IMG/VR virus record: IMGVR_UViG_3300031857_023573
Location: 96,001-160,000 of that record
DNA: 64,000 nt
Origin: a virus
Taxonomy: Duplodnaviria; Caudoviricetes
Direction: 5' to 3' (one strand)
The translations under genes and the position numbers were made by a program. The stretch's first letter is position 1. Each line of letters begins with the position of its first letter. Below are positions 48,888-57,442 of the stretch, one piece after another. The notes under the pieces are model-generated. The model saw nothing but the letters and a program-made list of their open reading frames with translations. It was not told the DNA's origin and made no database searches.

Positions 48888-49175
48888 ATGGATTCTTTTA
48901 AGAATATTTTAATTTTTAAGATATTATCAAAATATCGTAGTATGAGAGAAACTTACGCACATCAAGGGTTCTTTTATTTTGAATCAAATATTTCAAAAAT
49001 AGATAGAATCGGTAATGGTTTTTTATATAATCATGAAGAGATTCCACCTCTCGACTGGAGAAAACTAAAGGGTAAAGAACTTTATAAAGTATATCGAGAA
49101 TTATCAAATCGAAATTTCTATTTTTATAGAAACATAAACGGTAAATTCTACAAAACAAGACCGAAAAAAACTTGA
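48888..49175 (+). CDS. Hypothetical protein
   Basis: ORF track 48840..49175; ATG 48888 avoids head-to-head overlap with the divergent gene. Confidence 0.5.
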   Translation: MDSFKNILIFKILSKYRSMRETYAHQGFFYFESNISKIDRIGNGFLYNHEEIPPLDWRKLKGKELYKVYRELSNRNFYFYRNINGKFYKTRPKKT

Positions 49176-49891
49176 TAAAATTAAATTACACATATAGTCT
49201 AGAATATGATTACCTCATGACTTACTCCTGTGAGACCAATGGCTGTAACGAAGAAGGTATTTGTAGGTGTGGTAAAATCGTAGATGAACATGTTGTATCT
49301 GTCGACCTTTCCTTAGTAACAGATGAAATTTACGACCAGTTATACCCAAGAGATAATAAATCTAGCAAAAGAGAAAATAAACTGTCTGAAATATTCTATG
49401 GAGGTGAGAAAGTAGATAAGTACTGTATCTATAGAATTCTTGTACAAAATAAGGCATATGACACAGAAAATTGGAGAGTAAATATCTCAAGTGGCTACTA
49501 CGGTGATGAAATTGAAGATGTCACTATGGATTTTGAAATGTACAAAAAGATTGATGATCAATGTCAAAAATTAAAAGAATTTACAACTTTAAAAGATAAA
49601 ATAGACTATGTCCTACTTTTAGAATATGGTCACCTATTAGAAGATCTAAAGGATGTTGATTATGAACTTATAGCAATTTATAAAAACCATATTGATTTTA
49701 AAAAACTTAATCAAAATCATATTAAAAATGTTAAGATGAAGGATTTGAATCACTATTCTTATACTAATTACATTCTACCAAGAGGTATTGTACGTGGTGA
49801 CACTGACAACTATAAAATAGTAGACGGATATCATAGAATTATTGCTAGTGATAGTAAAATTCCTTTTCTAGTCTTCCGGGTAAAAAAATAA
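49172..49891 (+). CDS. Protein with C-terminal ParB/Srx-like motif
   Basis: YKIVDGYHRI; TTG start. Confidence 0.55.
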   Translation: MIKLNYTYSLEYDYLMTYSCETNGCNEEGICRCGKIVDEHVVSVDLSLVTDEIYDQLYPRDNKSSKRENKLSEIFYGGEKVDKYCIYRILVQNKAYDTENWRVNISSGYYGDEIEDVTMDFEMYKKIDDQCQKLKEFTTLKDKIDYVLLLEYGHLLEDLKDVDYELIAIYKNHIDFKKLNQNHIKNVKMKDLNHYSYTNYILPRGIVRGDTDNYKIVDGYHRIIASDSKIPFLVFRVKK

Positions 49892-49918
49892 AATTCAAAA
49901 AGTATATATACACTCAGA

Positions 49919-50419
49919 ATGATGAGTGAACCGTGTACTTCTTGTACGGCTAGATGTTGTAAAAATTACGATGTGTTTATAGATCACGAAGATCTAAAAA
50001 TTAAAAGTGGTCGAGACTTTATCAAAAAGATAGAGTATTCTAAATCTTTTGGTTATGTACCAAGCTTTACTCTATTTGAAGGTGATCAAAAAAAGAAATG
50101 GGTATTGTGTTTAAATAACCCAGATAAAACTTGTCAATTTTTAGTAGATAATAAGTGCTCAGTTTATGAAAAAAGACCTTTAATCTGTAAAACTTACCCA
50201 CATTATGTTGATAAAGACAAGGTCAAAACTATGAAAAATCTTTGTCCAGTAAAATGGAATTTATCTCAAGAACAGAAGGAGGAATTAAGACAGAACTATG
50301 AAACTTTACTTGTCAATTTCTTAGCATTTGAAACAATATGTGATCAGTGGAATTTAATAGTTGATAGATCTAAGACTTTAGATGATTTCTTAAACTATGT
50401 TGAAAATTATAAATTTTAA
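49919..50419 (+). CDS. YkgJ-family cysteine cluster (Fe-S/Zn) protein
   Basis: CTSCTARCC...CQFL..NKCSVYEKRPLICKTYP. Confidence 0.82.
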   Translation: MMSEPCTSCTARCCKNYDVFIDHEDLKIKSGRDFIKKIEYSKSFGYVPSFTLFEGDQKKKWVLCLNNPDKTCQFLVDNKCSVYEKRPLICKTYPHYVDKDKVKTMKNLCPVKWNLSQEQKEELRQNYETLLVNFLAFETICDQWNLIVDRSKTLDDFLNYVENYKF

Positions 50420-50465
50420 TGTTGATATTTTCGAAAATATCCTTATATTTATAAAAAATTACAAC

Positions 50466-50759
50466 ATGATGAACAACCTTAATAACAATCTTCCAAGTTT
50501 TTCAAAAGCTCTTTCTCTTTTGGTAATTTTTGTAATTATACTTGCGCTTCTTTTTAGTGGATTATTCGTTTCTGTTGCAATTTTAGCAGCATTAATCGTT
50601 CCTTTAACTTGGATATGGGGTGTGCTGACCGGTCAGTCCTATGATAGAGTTTGTGACAATTCAGAGATTGTCTACCGACTTAATCAATTAGGTAAGTGGA
50701 CTCTAGTGATTGGTGCAGCAATCGGTCTAATTACAATTTTATTCGGTCTGTTTTTCTAA
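50466..50759 (+). CDS. Small membrane protein
   Basis: Several hydrophobic helices; ATG 50466 follows TATATTTA at 50444-50451. Confidence 0.65.
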   Translation: MMNNLNNNLPSFSKALSLLVIFVIILALLFSGLFVSVAILAALIVPLTWIWGVLTGQSYDRVCDNSEIVYRLNQLGKWTLVIGAAIGLITILFGLFF

Positions 50760-50896
50760 CGACCTTGTCCTTTGTATGGTTTTTTATAATTCTTAGAAGT
50801 CTTATTTTTAGACTCTTTTTTCTTTGAGTGTTTACCGAGTTTCTTTTTAGTCTTTTTTAAAAAAGTCTTTAAATTAGACGTTGTTGTTTTTGCCAT
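50756..50896 (-). CDS. Small very basic protein, 46 aa (MAKTTTSNLKTFLKKTKKKLGKHSKKKESKNKTSKNYKKPYKGQGR); not in ORF track
   Basis: Manual translation; AATATATA at 50918-50925 upstream; fills an otherwise empty gap. Confidence 0.7.
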   Translation of the reverse strand: MAKTTTSNLKTFLKKTKKKLGKHSKKKESKNKTSKNYKKPYKGQGR

Positions 50897-50947
50897 TTCT
50901 TCTTCTTAAATTTTAAGTATATATTTTTAATTTTTCATAAATTTCCT

Positions 50948-50955
50948 TATATTTG
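50948..50955 (+). promoter_or_regulatory. Bacteroidota-type -7 element TATATTTG
   Basis: Exact TAnnTTTG 14 nt before ATG 50970. Confidence 0.55.
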
Positions 50956-50969
50956 TAAAAATAAGCAAA

Positions 50970-51317
50970 ATGGATACTATCACATTAAACCCAAAAAACT
51001 TTAAACTTATCGCCGGTGATTTTATTTCTGAAGATTCCTTTGCAGATAAGATTTACGAAGAATCTGGTTCATTTTGTGACAATGCTCAGTGGATGAGCTT
51101 TAAGTGTGGTGAATTAACAATTGATGTTAATTATGAAATTAGTGTAAGTGGTTCAATTTTTGAAGATTCTGGTGACTACTGGACACCTCCAAGTTGTGAT
51201 GTAGATGTTGATGATGTAGATGTAACTATTTCTTCTGTTTCGATAAATGAGGATGATGTTGAATTAAGTGATGATCTTAAAAAAATATTTCTTAAAGTAG
51301 TCAATAATAATTTATAA
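50970..51317 (+). CDS. Hypothetical acidic protein
   Basis: ORF track. Confidence 0.65.
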   Translation: MDTITLNPKNFKLIAGDFISEDSFADKIYEESGSFCDNAQWMSFKCGELTIDVNYEISVSGSIFEDSGDYWTPPSCDVDVDDVDVTISSVSINEDDVELSDDLKKIFLKVVNNNL

Positions 51318-51320
51318 TAT

Positions 51321-51563
51321 ATGGGATTCAAAACTAAAATTAAAGGTCTTAGTGAAAATGAGATAAAAAAATTTGTTAAAATTTCTATTATTAGTGGGTA
51401 TTCTAAAAGGATTCTAAAATCAAAGTCCTTAAAGAAAAATAGTTATCTTCAAGAGATAGTTGAAGAGGCCACAATTGAACTTGAAGATTTTATGAATTTT
51501 ATAGATAATAATATTGATTGTCCAGAGGAAAAATTAACATACTTATATAATCATCTAAAATGA
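51321..51563 (+). CDS. Hypothetical protein (80 aa)
   Basis: ORF track; ATGA coupling to the next gene. Confidence 0.6.
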   Translation: MGFKTKIKGLSENEIKKFVKISIISGYSKRILKSKSLKKNSYLQEIVEEATIELEDFMNFIDNNIDCPEEKLTYLYNHLK

Positions 51564-51769
51564 TAAATTATCCAGAACCTGATAAAACTTATCGACATTA
51601 TAAGGGTGGACTTTATAAAGTCTTGTTTTTATCAAAACATACTGAAAATTCTGAAATTTTGGTAAACTACCAATCTTTACTTTTTGGTTCTTACTACTCA
51701 AGGCCTTTGGAGTCTTGGAATCAATTGACAGAAGATGGTGAGAAAAGATTTACACAAATTGAAAATTGA
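51560..51769 (+). CDS. DUF1653-like protein
   Basis: YRHYKGGLYKV...HTENSEILVNYQSL...YSRPL..W. Confidence 0.8.
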   Translation: MINYPEPDKTYRHYKGGLYKVLFLSKHTENSEILVNYQSLLFGSYYSRPLESWNQLTEDGEKRFTQIEN

Positions 51770-51773
51770 CATC

Positions 51774-52286
51774 ATGAATATAAAACTTGAAAAAATTATT
51801 ACCCCTGTTTTTGAAGATAATAGGGGATGCTTTGCACCAATTGAATTATCAAAAAATTGGATTCAATCTAATATCAGTATAAACGATAATCCCTATACAT
51901 TTAGGGGAATGCACTTACAAATTGGTAAGTATAGTCAGACAAAAAAAGTATCTGTAATTAGAGGATCAATAATTGATTTTGTCGTTGACTTGAGACCAGA
52001 AACTTTTGGAAATACATATGAATTTTTACTAGAATCTGGTCAGACTCTATTAGTTCCAAACAATTTTGCACATGGATTTCTAACACTTGACCCATCGACG
52101 ATTATAAATTATCTAGTTGATAATGTCTATCATAAAGATAGTGAAATTTCAATTCGATGGGATTCTGTTTCATCAGTTAAAGAGTCGATAAATAAATATT
52201 TAAATAATGATAGTTCAAAATTAGTAATTAGTGAGAAAGATAAAATTGGATTGACACTTGAGGAATTTAAAATTCAATTTGTCTGA
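51774..52286 (+). CDS. rfbC: dTDP-4-dehydrorhamnose 3,5-epimerase
   Basis: FEDNRGCF, QSNIS, RGMHLQ, GSIIDFVVDLR, VPNNFAHGFLTL; ATG 51774 preferred. Confidence 0.88.
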   Translation: MNIKLEKIITPVFEDNRGCFAPIELSKNWIQSNISINDNPYTFRGMHLQIGKYSQTKKVSVIRGSIIDFVVDLRPETFGNTYEFLLESGQTLLVPNNFAHGFLTLDPSTIINYLVDNVYHKDSEISIRWDSVSSVKESINKYLNNDSSKLVISEKDKIGLTLEEFKIQFV

Positions 52287-52337
52287 CTATAAAATAAACT
52301 TTTAAAAAATTAATAATAAAATGTATGTGTTGTTTTT

Positions 52338-52396
52338 GAATGTAGTAAGTTGTATATCGTTATCCATTATCTTCTTCTCAAAAATTTGCTACATTC
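52338..52396 (+). ncRNA. Candidate small RNA: 14-bp stem with 31-nt pyrimidine-rich loop
   Basis: GAAUGUAGUAAGUU pairs with AAUUUGCUACAUUC (two G-U pairs valid on the plus strand), followed directly by a terminator. Confidence 0.4.
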
Positions 52397-52400
52397 TGGG

Positions 52401-52435
52401 AAAGACCCTTCTTTTTGAGGGGTCTTTTATCTTTT
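52401..52435 (+). terminator. Rho-independent terminator
   Basis: AAAGACCCTT-loop-AGGGGTCTTT then a T-rich tail. Confidence 0.7.
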
Positions 52436-52471
52436 CTAAACTGTACTAATTACAAATACAAATACTTTAAG

Positions 52472-52975
52472 ATGAAACTAGAAATAGAAAGAAAGTTTTT
52501 ACTAAAAAGTCTTCCTAAAATTCAACCCACTCAGTCAATTAATATAGATCAATATTATTTTAAAAATTCATCTGGTATATGGGAACGTGCTCGTACCTGG
52601 GAAACTGATGATGGTGAAATAAAATATATTCATACTATTAAAAAAAGTGTATCTAAAGGGGTAAACATTGAAGATGAATATGAGATGTCGGAGTCTGACT
52701 ATGGTAAATTTGTATCAACTTGTCGCAAGTCTGTAGTTGATTCAAAATTTATTAAAAAAACCAGATATATATATCCAGATGGAGAGTTAAAATGGGAAGT
52801 TGATCTATTTCACGGTGATTATAAATTAATTATCGCAGAAATTGAAATCCCAAAAAAAACTTACAAATTAACAGTACCTGATTTTATAAAAGATGTTAGT
52901 CTTTTAGAAGTCACTGGATTAAAACAATTTAATAACAGAAGTCTATCTATTAAGATTGATAAAAATGCAAATTAA
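52472..52975 (+). CDS. CYTH-domain protein (triphosphate tunnel metalloenzyme)
   Basis: LEIERKFLL (ExExK), K.RY, WEVDLF, IAEIEI; ATG 52472 preferred over track TTG 52415. Confidence 0.85.
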   Translation: MKLEIERKFLLKSLPKIQPTQSINIDQYYFKNSSGIWERARTWETDDGEIKYIHTIKKSVSKGVNIEDEYEMSESDYGKFVSTCRKSVVDSKFIKKTRYIYPDGELKWEVDLFHGDYKLIIAEIEIPKKTYKLTVPDFIKDVSLLEVTGLKQFNNRSLSIKIDKNAN

Positions 52976-53312
52976 AGTCTTAAATAAAATTTTTGATTGT
53001 ATAGATGGTTCGGTTCAACTTTCATTTGGATCACATGCTACTATAGATTTGAATTTTGATATAAATCAATGTCAATGTTATGACCATTTTATTAAAATTT
53101 ATGAATCAAACGCTAAATTTGAAATTGAGTCTAAAACCTTTTTAGGAAAGGGTTGTCACATCAAAGCTTTTGATATTGACTACAATCAAAATAGGATGAA
53201 TATTTCAATACATTGTGATTTACTCAATCCTATCGACTTGCAAATAAGACGAGAAGATTTTTTGAACGATATACTTACTAAAACTTTTATTAATAAAGAC
53301 GATATAAATTAA
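52965..53312 (+). CDS. Hypothetical protein with RREDFLNDIL motif near the C-terminus
   Basis: ORF track; ATG 52965 preferred. Confidence 0.6.
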   Translation: MQIKVLNKIFDCIDGSVQLSFGSHATIDLNFDINQCQCYDHFIKIYESNAKFEIESKTFLGKGCHIKAFDIDYNQNRMNISIHCDLLNPIDLQIRREDFLNDILTKTFINKDDIN

Positions 53313-53329
53313 ACAAAAATACTATTATT

Positions 53330-55453
53330 ATGGATAAAATCATTTCTGATGAAAATTACATCAAAGAAAATTACGATATCAAAAACGCCTTGAGTGATGA
53401 TGACGACGATATCGATGATAGTTTTAAAGCTAAGAAAAATCAAGGATCTAGTAAGACTCCTATACTCGACTCTTATAGTAGAGATCTAACCAAGTTCGCT
53501 GAAGAAGGAAAACTTGACCCAATTGTTGGTCGACTAAAAGAAATAGAACGAGTTTCTCAAATTCTTTCTAGAAGAAAGAAAAATAATCCAATTTTAATTG
53601 GTGAGCCTGGAGTTGGTAAGTCTGCTATAGCAGAGGGTCTTGCTCTGAAAATAGTTCAAAGAAAATGTTCTCGAGTTCTTTTTAACAAGAGAATTGTTAC
53701 TCTCGATCTAGCATCGATGGTGGCTGGTACTAAATATCGTGGTCAGTTTGAAGAGAGAATTAAAGCTCTTATGGCTGAACTTGAAAAAAATCCTGATATT
53801 ATACTATTCATCGATGAAATTCATACGATGATTGGAGCAGGTGGCGCTTCGGGATCACTTGATGCTTCAAATATGTTCAAACCAGCTCTAGCACGAGGAG
53901 AGATACAAATCATCGGCGCAACTACGATTGATGAGTACAGAAAACACATCGAAAAAGATGGCGCTCTTGAGCGTCGTTTTCAAAAAGTTATGGTAGAACC
54001 GGCAACAGTTGAAGAGACTTATCAAATTCTTAATAACATTAAAGATAAATATGAATCACATCACAATGTAAACTATACTGAAGAGGCTATTAAAGCATGT
54101 GTTGAATTAACATCAAGATATATGTCAGATAGATTTCTACCAGATAAGGCTATCGACGCTTTAGATGAGGCCGGATCAAGAGTGCATATTTCAAACATTG
54201 TTGTTCCTAAAAGTGTTACAGATATTGAACAAAAACTAGTAGATATCAAAGACAAAAAACAAGAAGTTGTAAAAAGTCAGCGATATGAGGAAGCCGCTAA
54301 ACTACGTGATGTTGAAAAACAACTTCAAAAATCACTTGAAGAAGCTCGTAAGAAGTGGGATGAAGATTCAAAAGAAAATCGTCAAACCGTTAATGAAGAG
54401 AATGTTGCGGAAGTTGTTTCTATGATGACTGGAATTCCTCTAACTAAGGTATCACAGAATGAAAATCAAAAACTTGCCAAAATGTATGACTCAATGTCCG
54501 GTAAGGTTATTGGACAAGATGATGCTGTGAAAAAAGTTGTTAAGGCAATCCAGCGAGGTAGAGTTGGAATGAAGGATCCTAATAAACCGGTATTTTCTGG
54601 TATTCTTATTGGAAACTCTGGCGTTGGTAAAACTGAACTCGCAAAACAACTAGCTAAATATCTTTTTGACTCAGAAGACGCACTTATTCGACTTGATATG
54701 TCTGAGTATATGGAAAAGATTTCTTTGACTAGAATTCAAGGTTCAGCTCCTGGTTATGTTGGATATGAAGATGCCAACGTTCTTGATAAAATCAGAAGAA
54801 AGCCATATTCTGTTGTACTTTTTGATGAGATTGAAAAAGCTCATCCTGATATTTTTAATTTATTTCTTCAAATGCTTGATGAAGGTCATGTAACAGATTC
54901 ACACGGTAGAAAAGTTAATTTTAAAAACTGTGTTATCTTGATGACTTCTAATGTTGGTACTAAGGTAGTTAAAGAATTTGGTTCTGGTGTTGGTTTCTCA
55001 ACAAAATCAAAGCAAGACTCTAAAGACTCTGATGTTAAAGATATTTTAGAGAAAGAACTTAAAAAGAAATTTGCCCCTGAGTTTATCAATCGTCTTGACG
55101 AGATCATTTACTTCAGAGATTTAGGTAAGGAGGAAATACTAAAAATAGTCGAACTAGAACTTACAAAAACGATCGCGAGAGCAAAAGAACTTGGATTTGA
55201 ACTTGAAATTACTGATGAATTAAAGACGCAACTTGTTGAAGTTGGATATGATCCTCAATATGGAGCAAGGCCATTAAAAAGAGCTTTACAAAAATGGATT
55301 GATGATTACGTCACAGAATTCATTATTGAGAATAATCCTAAACAAGGTTCGATACTAAAAATCAATTATGATTCTGAAAGCGATAAGACTATCGTGACTA
55401 ATGAATTCTCTAAATTAGAAACTAAAACTTCAAAAAGGAAGAAAAAAGAATAA
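53330..55453 (+). CDS. clpC: ClpC-like Hsp100 AAA+ ATPase lacking the N-terminal Clp-repeat domain
   Basis: [18 protein letters not shown]-domain [22 protein letters not shown] pore loop, VGF ClpP-docking loop, YGARPLKR. Confidence 0.88.
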   Translation: MDKIISDENYIKENYDIKNALSDDDDDIDDSFKAKKNQGSSKTPILDSYSRDLTKFAEEGKLDPIVGRLKEIERVSQILSRRKKNNPILIGEPGVGKSAIAEGLALKIVQRKCSRVLFNKRIVTLDLASMVAGTKYRGQFEERIKALMAELEKNPDIILFIDEIHTMIGAGGASGSLDASNMFKPALARGEIQIIGATTIDEYRKHIEKDGALERRFQKVMVEPATVEETYQILNNIKDKYESHHNVNYTEEAIKACVELTSRYMSDRFLPDKAIDALDEAGSRVHISNIVVPKSVTDIEQKLVDIKDKKQEVVKSQRYEEAAKLRDVEKQLQKSLEEARKKWDEDSKENRQTVNEENVAEVVSMMTGIPLTKVSQNENQKLAKMYDSMSGKVIGQDDAVKKVVKAIQRGRVGMKDPNKPVFSGILIGNSGVGKTELAKQLAKYLFDSEDALIRLDMSEYMEKISLTRIQGSAPGYVGYEDANVLDKIRRKPYSVVLFDEIEKAHPDIFNLFLQMLDEGHVTDSHGRKVNFKNCVILMTSNVGTKVVKEFGSGVGFSTKSKQDSKDSDVKDILEKELKKKFAPEFINRLDEIIYFRDLGKEEILKIVELELTKTIARAKELGFELEITDELKTQLVEVGYDPQYGARPLKRALQKWIDDYVTEFIIENNPKQGSILKINYDSESDKTIVTNEFSKLETKTSKRKKKE

Positions 55454-55473
55454 AATTAAAAAATAATTTTGAA

Positions 55474-56220
55474 ATGGAAGAAAAAATATCTAATTGGCTA
55501 AAAGAATATTTAGAGAAAAATAATTTAGATTGCTTTGTTGTTGGTATAAGTGGTGGAATAGATTCATCACTTACTTCAACACTATGTGCCATGAGTGGAA
55601 TAAAGACAATTGTTGTCAGTTTACCAATTCATCAATTCAAGGATCAACTACAGAGAGCACATAATCACATAAAATGGCTCAAAGATAGATATCAGAATGT
55701 AGAAGATTTTGAATTTGATCTTAGTGAAACTTTTGAAGTATTCAAAAAATTATTCAATGATTCAAATGACTTGGCACTAGCTAACTCTCGTTCAAGACTT
55801 AGAATGGTCACTCTGTATCAAATTTCCGGTATGAGAAACGGATTAGTTGTTGGAACCGGTAACAAGATCGAAGATTTTGGCATCGGATTTTTTACAAAAT
55901 ATGGAGACGGTGGGGTTGATATATCACCTATAGCCGATTTCACTAAAACTGAAGTTAGAACTATGTCTAAAAATTTAGGAATTTTAAATGAAATAATATT
56001 AGCCAGTCCAACGGATGGTCTTTGGGATGATTGTAGAACAGATGAGCAACAGATAGGAGCGACCTATGAGGAATTAGAATGGGCCATGAATGTAAAATTA
56101 ACTTCTGATGATGATAAAAAAATACTATCTGATAGACAAAAAGAAGTACTTTCTATTTATACAAAGCTAAACAGCGCCAATAGACATAAAATGACACCCT
56201 TACCAATCTTCAAAAGATAA
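55474..56220 (+). CDS. nadE: NH3-dependent NAD+ synthetase
   Basis: GISGGIDS, ANSRSRLRMVTLY, GTGNKIE, FFTKYGDGGVD, PTDGLW..TDEQQIG. Confidence 0.95.
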   Translation: MEEKISNWLKEYLEKNNLDCFVVGISGGIDSSLTSTLCAMSGIKTIVVSLPIHQFKDQLQRAHNHIKWLKDRYQNVEDFEFDLSETFEVFKKLFNDSNDLALANSRSRLRMVTLYQISGMRNGLVVGTGNKIEDFGIGFFTKYGDGGVDISPIADFTKTEVRTMSKNLGILNEIILASPTDGLWDDCRTDEQQIGATYEELEWAMNVKLTSDDDKKILSDRQKEVLSIYTKLNSANRHKMTPLPIFKR

Positions 56221-56331
56221 TTGTTCCTATTCAAATGATTAACTAAATACAATCGTCTAAGATTTGTATTTTAATCTAGTCTAAATTTACTTTAGTTTCA
56301 CCACCTCCACTTATCCAGAAAAGTAAACTTC

Positions 56332-56928
56332 TTAATTGATTGTTTTGAAAATTTCTAGTTGTGTTAAATCCGGCCAGTCATTTATGTGCCACTGCCTTGG
56401 ACTAGTTGTTATGGCGATAGGAAGTTTTTCTAGACCAAGCTTCGCTGTTTCAGGTGTCATATAATAATGATATCCAATTGTATCAATATTCTGATCTCTC
56501 CAAGGTTTGTCAGGTGTTCTTCCATCATATGACATCTTTTTAAGTAAAATTGATTTTTCATAATTATCAGTTAATATTATACCTCCTCTTCCTAAGGAGA
56601 GATGTTTTTGATATTGAAAACTGAGACACATGAAAGTACCTTGTATGTATGACTTTTTCTTCCACAAAACAGCAGCATCTATGACATTATCTGTTAGATA
56701 ATAATAATCTATCCAATTTTCATCTTTCCACTTTAGATTAATATTCAATTTATTAGATAGAAACGGTATAGAAAGATATGTTCTTTTAGGAACACTTATT
56801 TCTTTAGCATTTGTCATACGAAGACACAATTCAACTCCATGTGTGCAACTGTCAGTTGCTATTGCATAGGAAGCTCCAAAAAAATTAGCTACCTCAATTT
56901 CAAATTCTTTTATTATTTCAAAACTCAT
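56332..56928 (-). CDS. Short DegT/DnrJ-type PLP-dependent sugar aminotransferase-like protein (198 aa)
   Basis: IATDSCTHG, VIDAA, CLSFQYQK..LGRGGIILTD, GYHYYMT. Confidence 0.7.
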   Translation of the reverse strand: MSFEIIKEFEIEVANFFGASYAIATDSCTHGVELCLRMTNAKEISVPKRTYLSIPFLSNKLNINLKWKDENWIDYYYLTDNVIDAAVLWKKKSYIQGTFMCLSFQYQKHLSLGRGGIILTDNYEKSILLKKMSYDGRTPDKPWRDQNIDTIGYHYYMTPETAKLGLEKLPIAITTSPRQWHINDWPDLTQLEIFKTIN

Positions 56929-57442
56929 AACCTAATTTTTTTGCATTTTTTAAAATTTTTTTACTATCTATTTTTTTTACTAATTTTGCAGGATTACCTT
57001 TGTAGACTCCCCACTCTTCCGTATCACCCATTAATAGACTACCTGCTGATAATAAAACTCCTTTTCTAAGTATAGACCCTGGTAGTACTATTGAATTCGT
57101 GCCAATATTTGAGAATTCTTCCATAATTACCGGGTTTGTAATTTGCCTACCTTTCAATTCTTTTGGAATTAAAGCACCGAATAAACCACTATCATCAAAT
57201 CTGTCAGATGAACAAATAATTCTAGCGCCTGTCATTATATTATTAAATCCTTTACAAATCAATTTTGAATTTTCACCACCAATGCATGTGACATAGGGAG
57301 ATATATGTATATAGTCACCTATCTCTATTTGTGTAGTACAATAGAACCCTTTATCAATTGCGACCCTGTTTCCTATTTTACAAAGATTTGGATTTTTAAA
57401 CTCCACATCTGAATGTATTATAACATCAGTTCCTATTGTCAT
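56918..57442 (-). CDS. Hexapeptide-repeat acyltransferase
   Basis: IGNRVAI, IGDYIHISP, IGTNSIVLPG, WGVYKGNPAK. Confidence 0.85.
   Translation of the reverse strand: MTIGTDVIIHSDVEFKNPNLCKIGNRVAIDKGFYCTTQIEIGDYIHISPYVTCIGGENSKLICKGFNNIMTGARIICSSDRFDDSGLFGALIPKELKGRQITNPVIMEEFSNIGTNSIVLPGSILRKGVLLSAGSLLMGDTEEWGVYKGNPAKLVKKIDSKKILKNAKKLGYEF

Noticed and set aside
52321-52471. Short ORF from ATG 52321 and the TTG 52415 extension of the CYTH gene
   Set aside because: Both run through the stem-loop or terminator; ATG 52472 gives the expected CYTH N-terminus.
56240-56275. AAATACAA/TTGTATTT hairpin between nadE and the DegT-like gene as an ncRNA
   Set aside because: Short and A/T-rich; sufficiently explained as a weak terminator between convergent genes.
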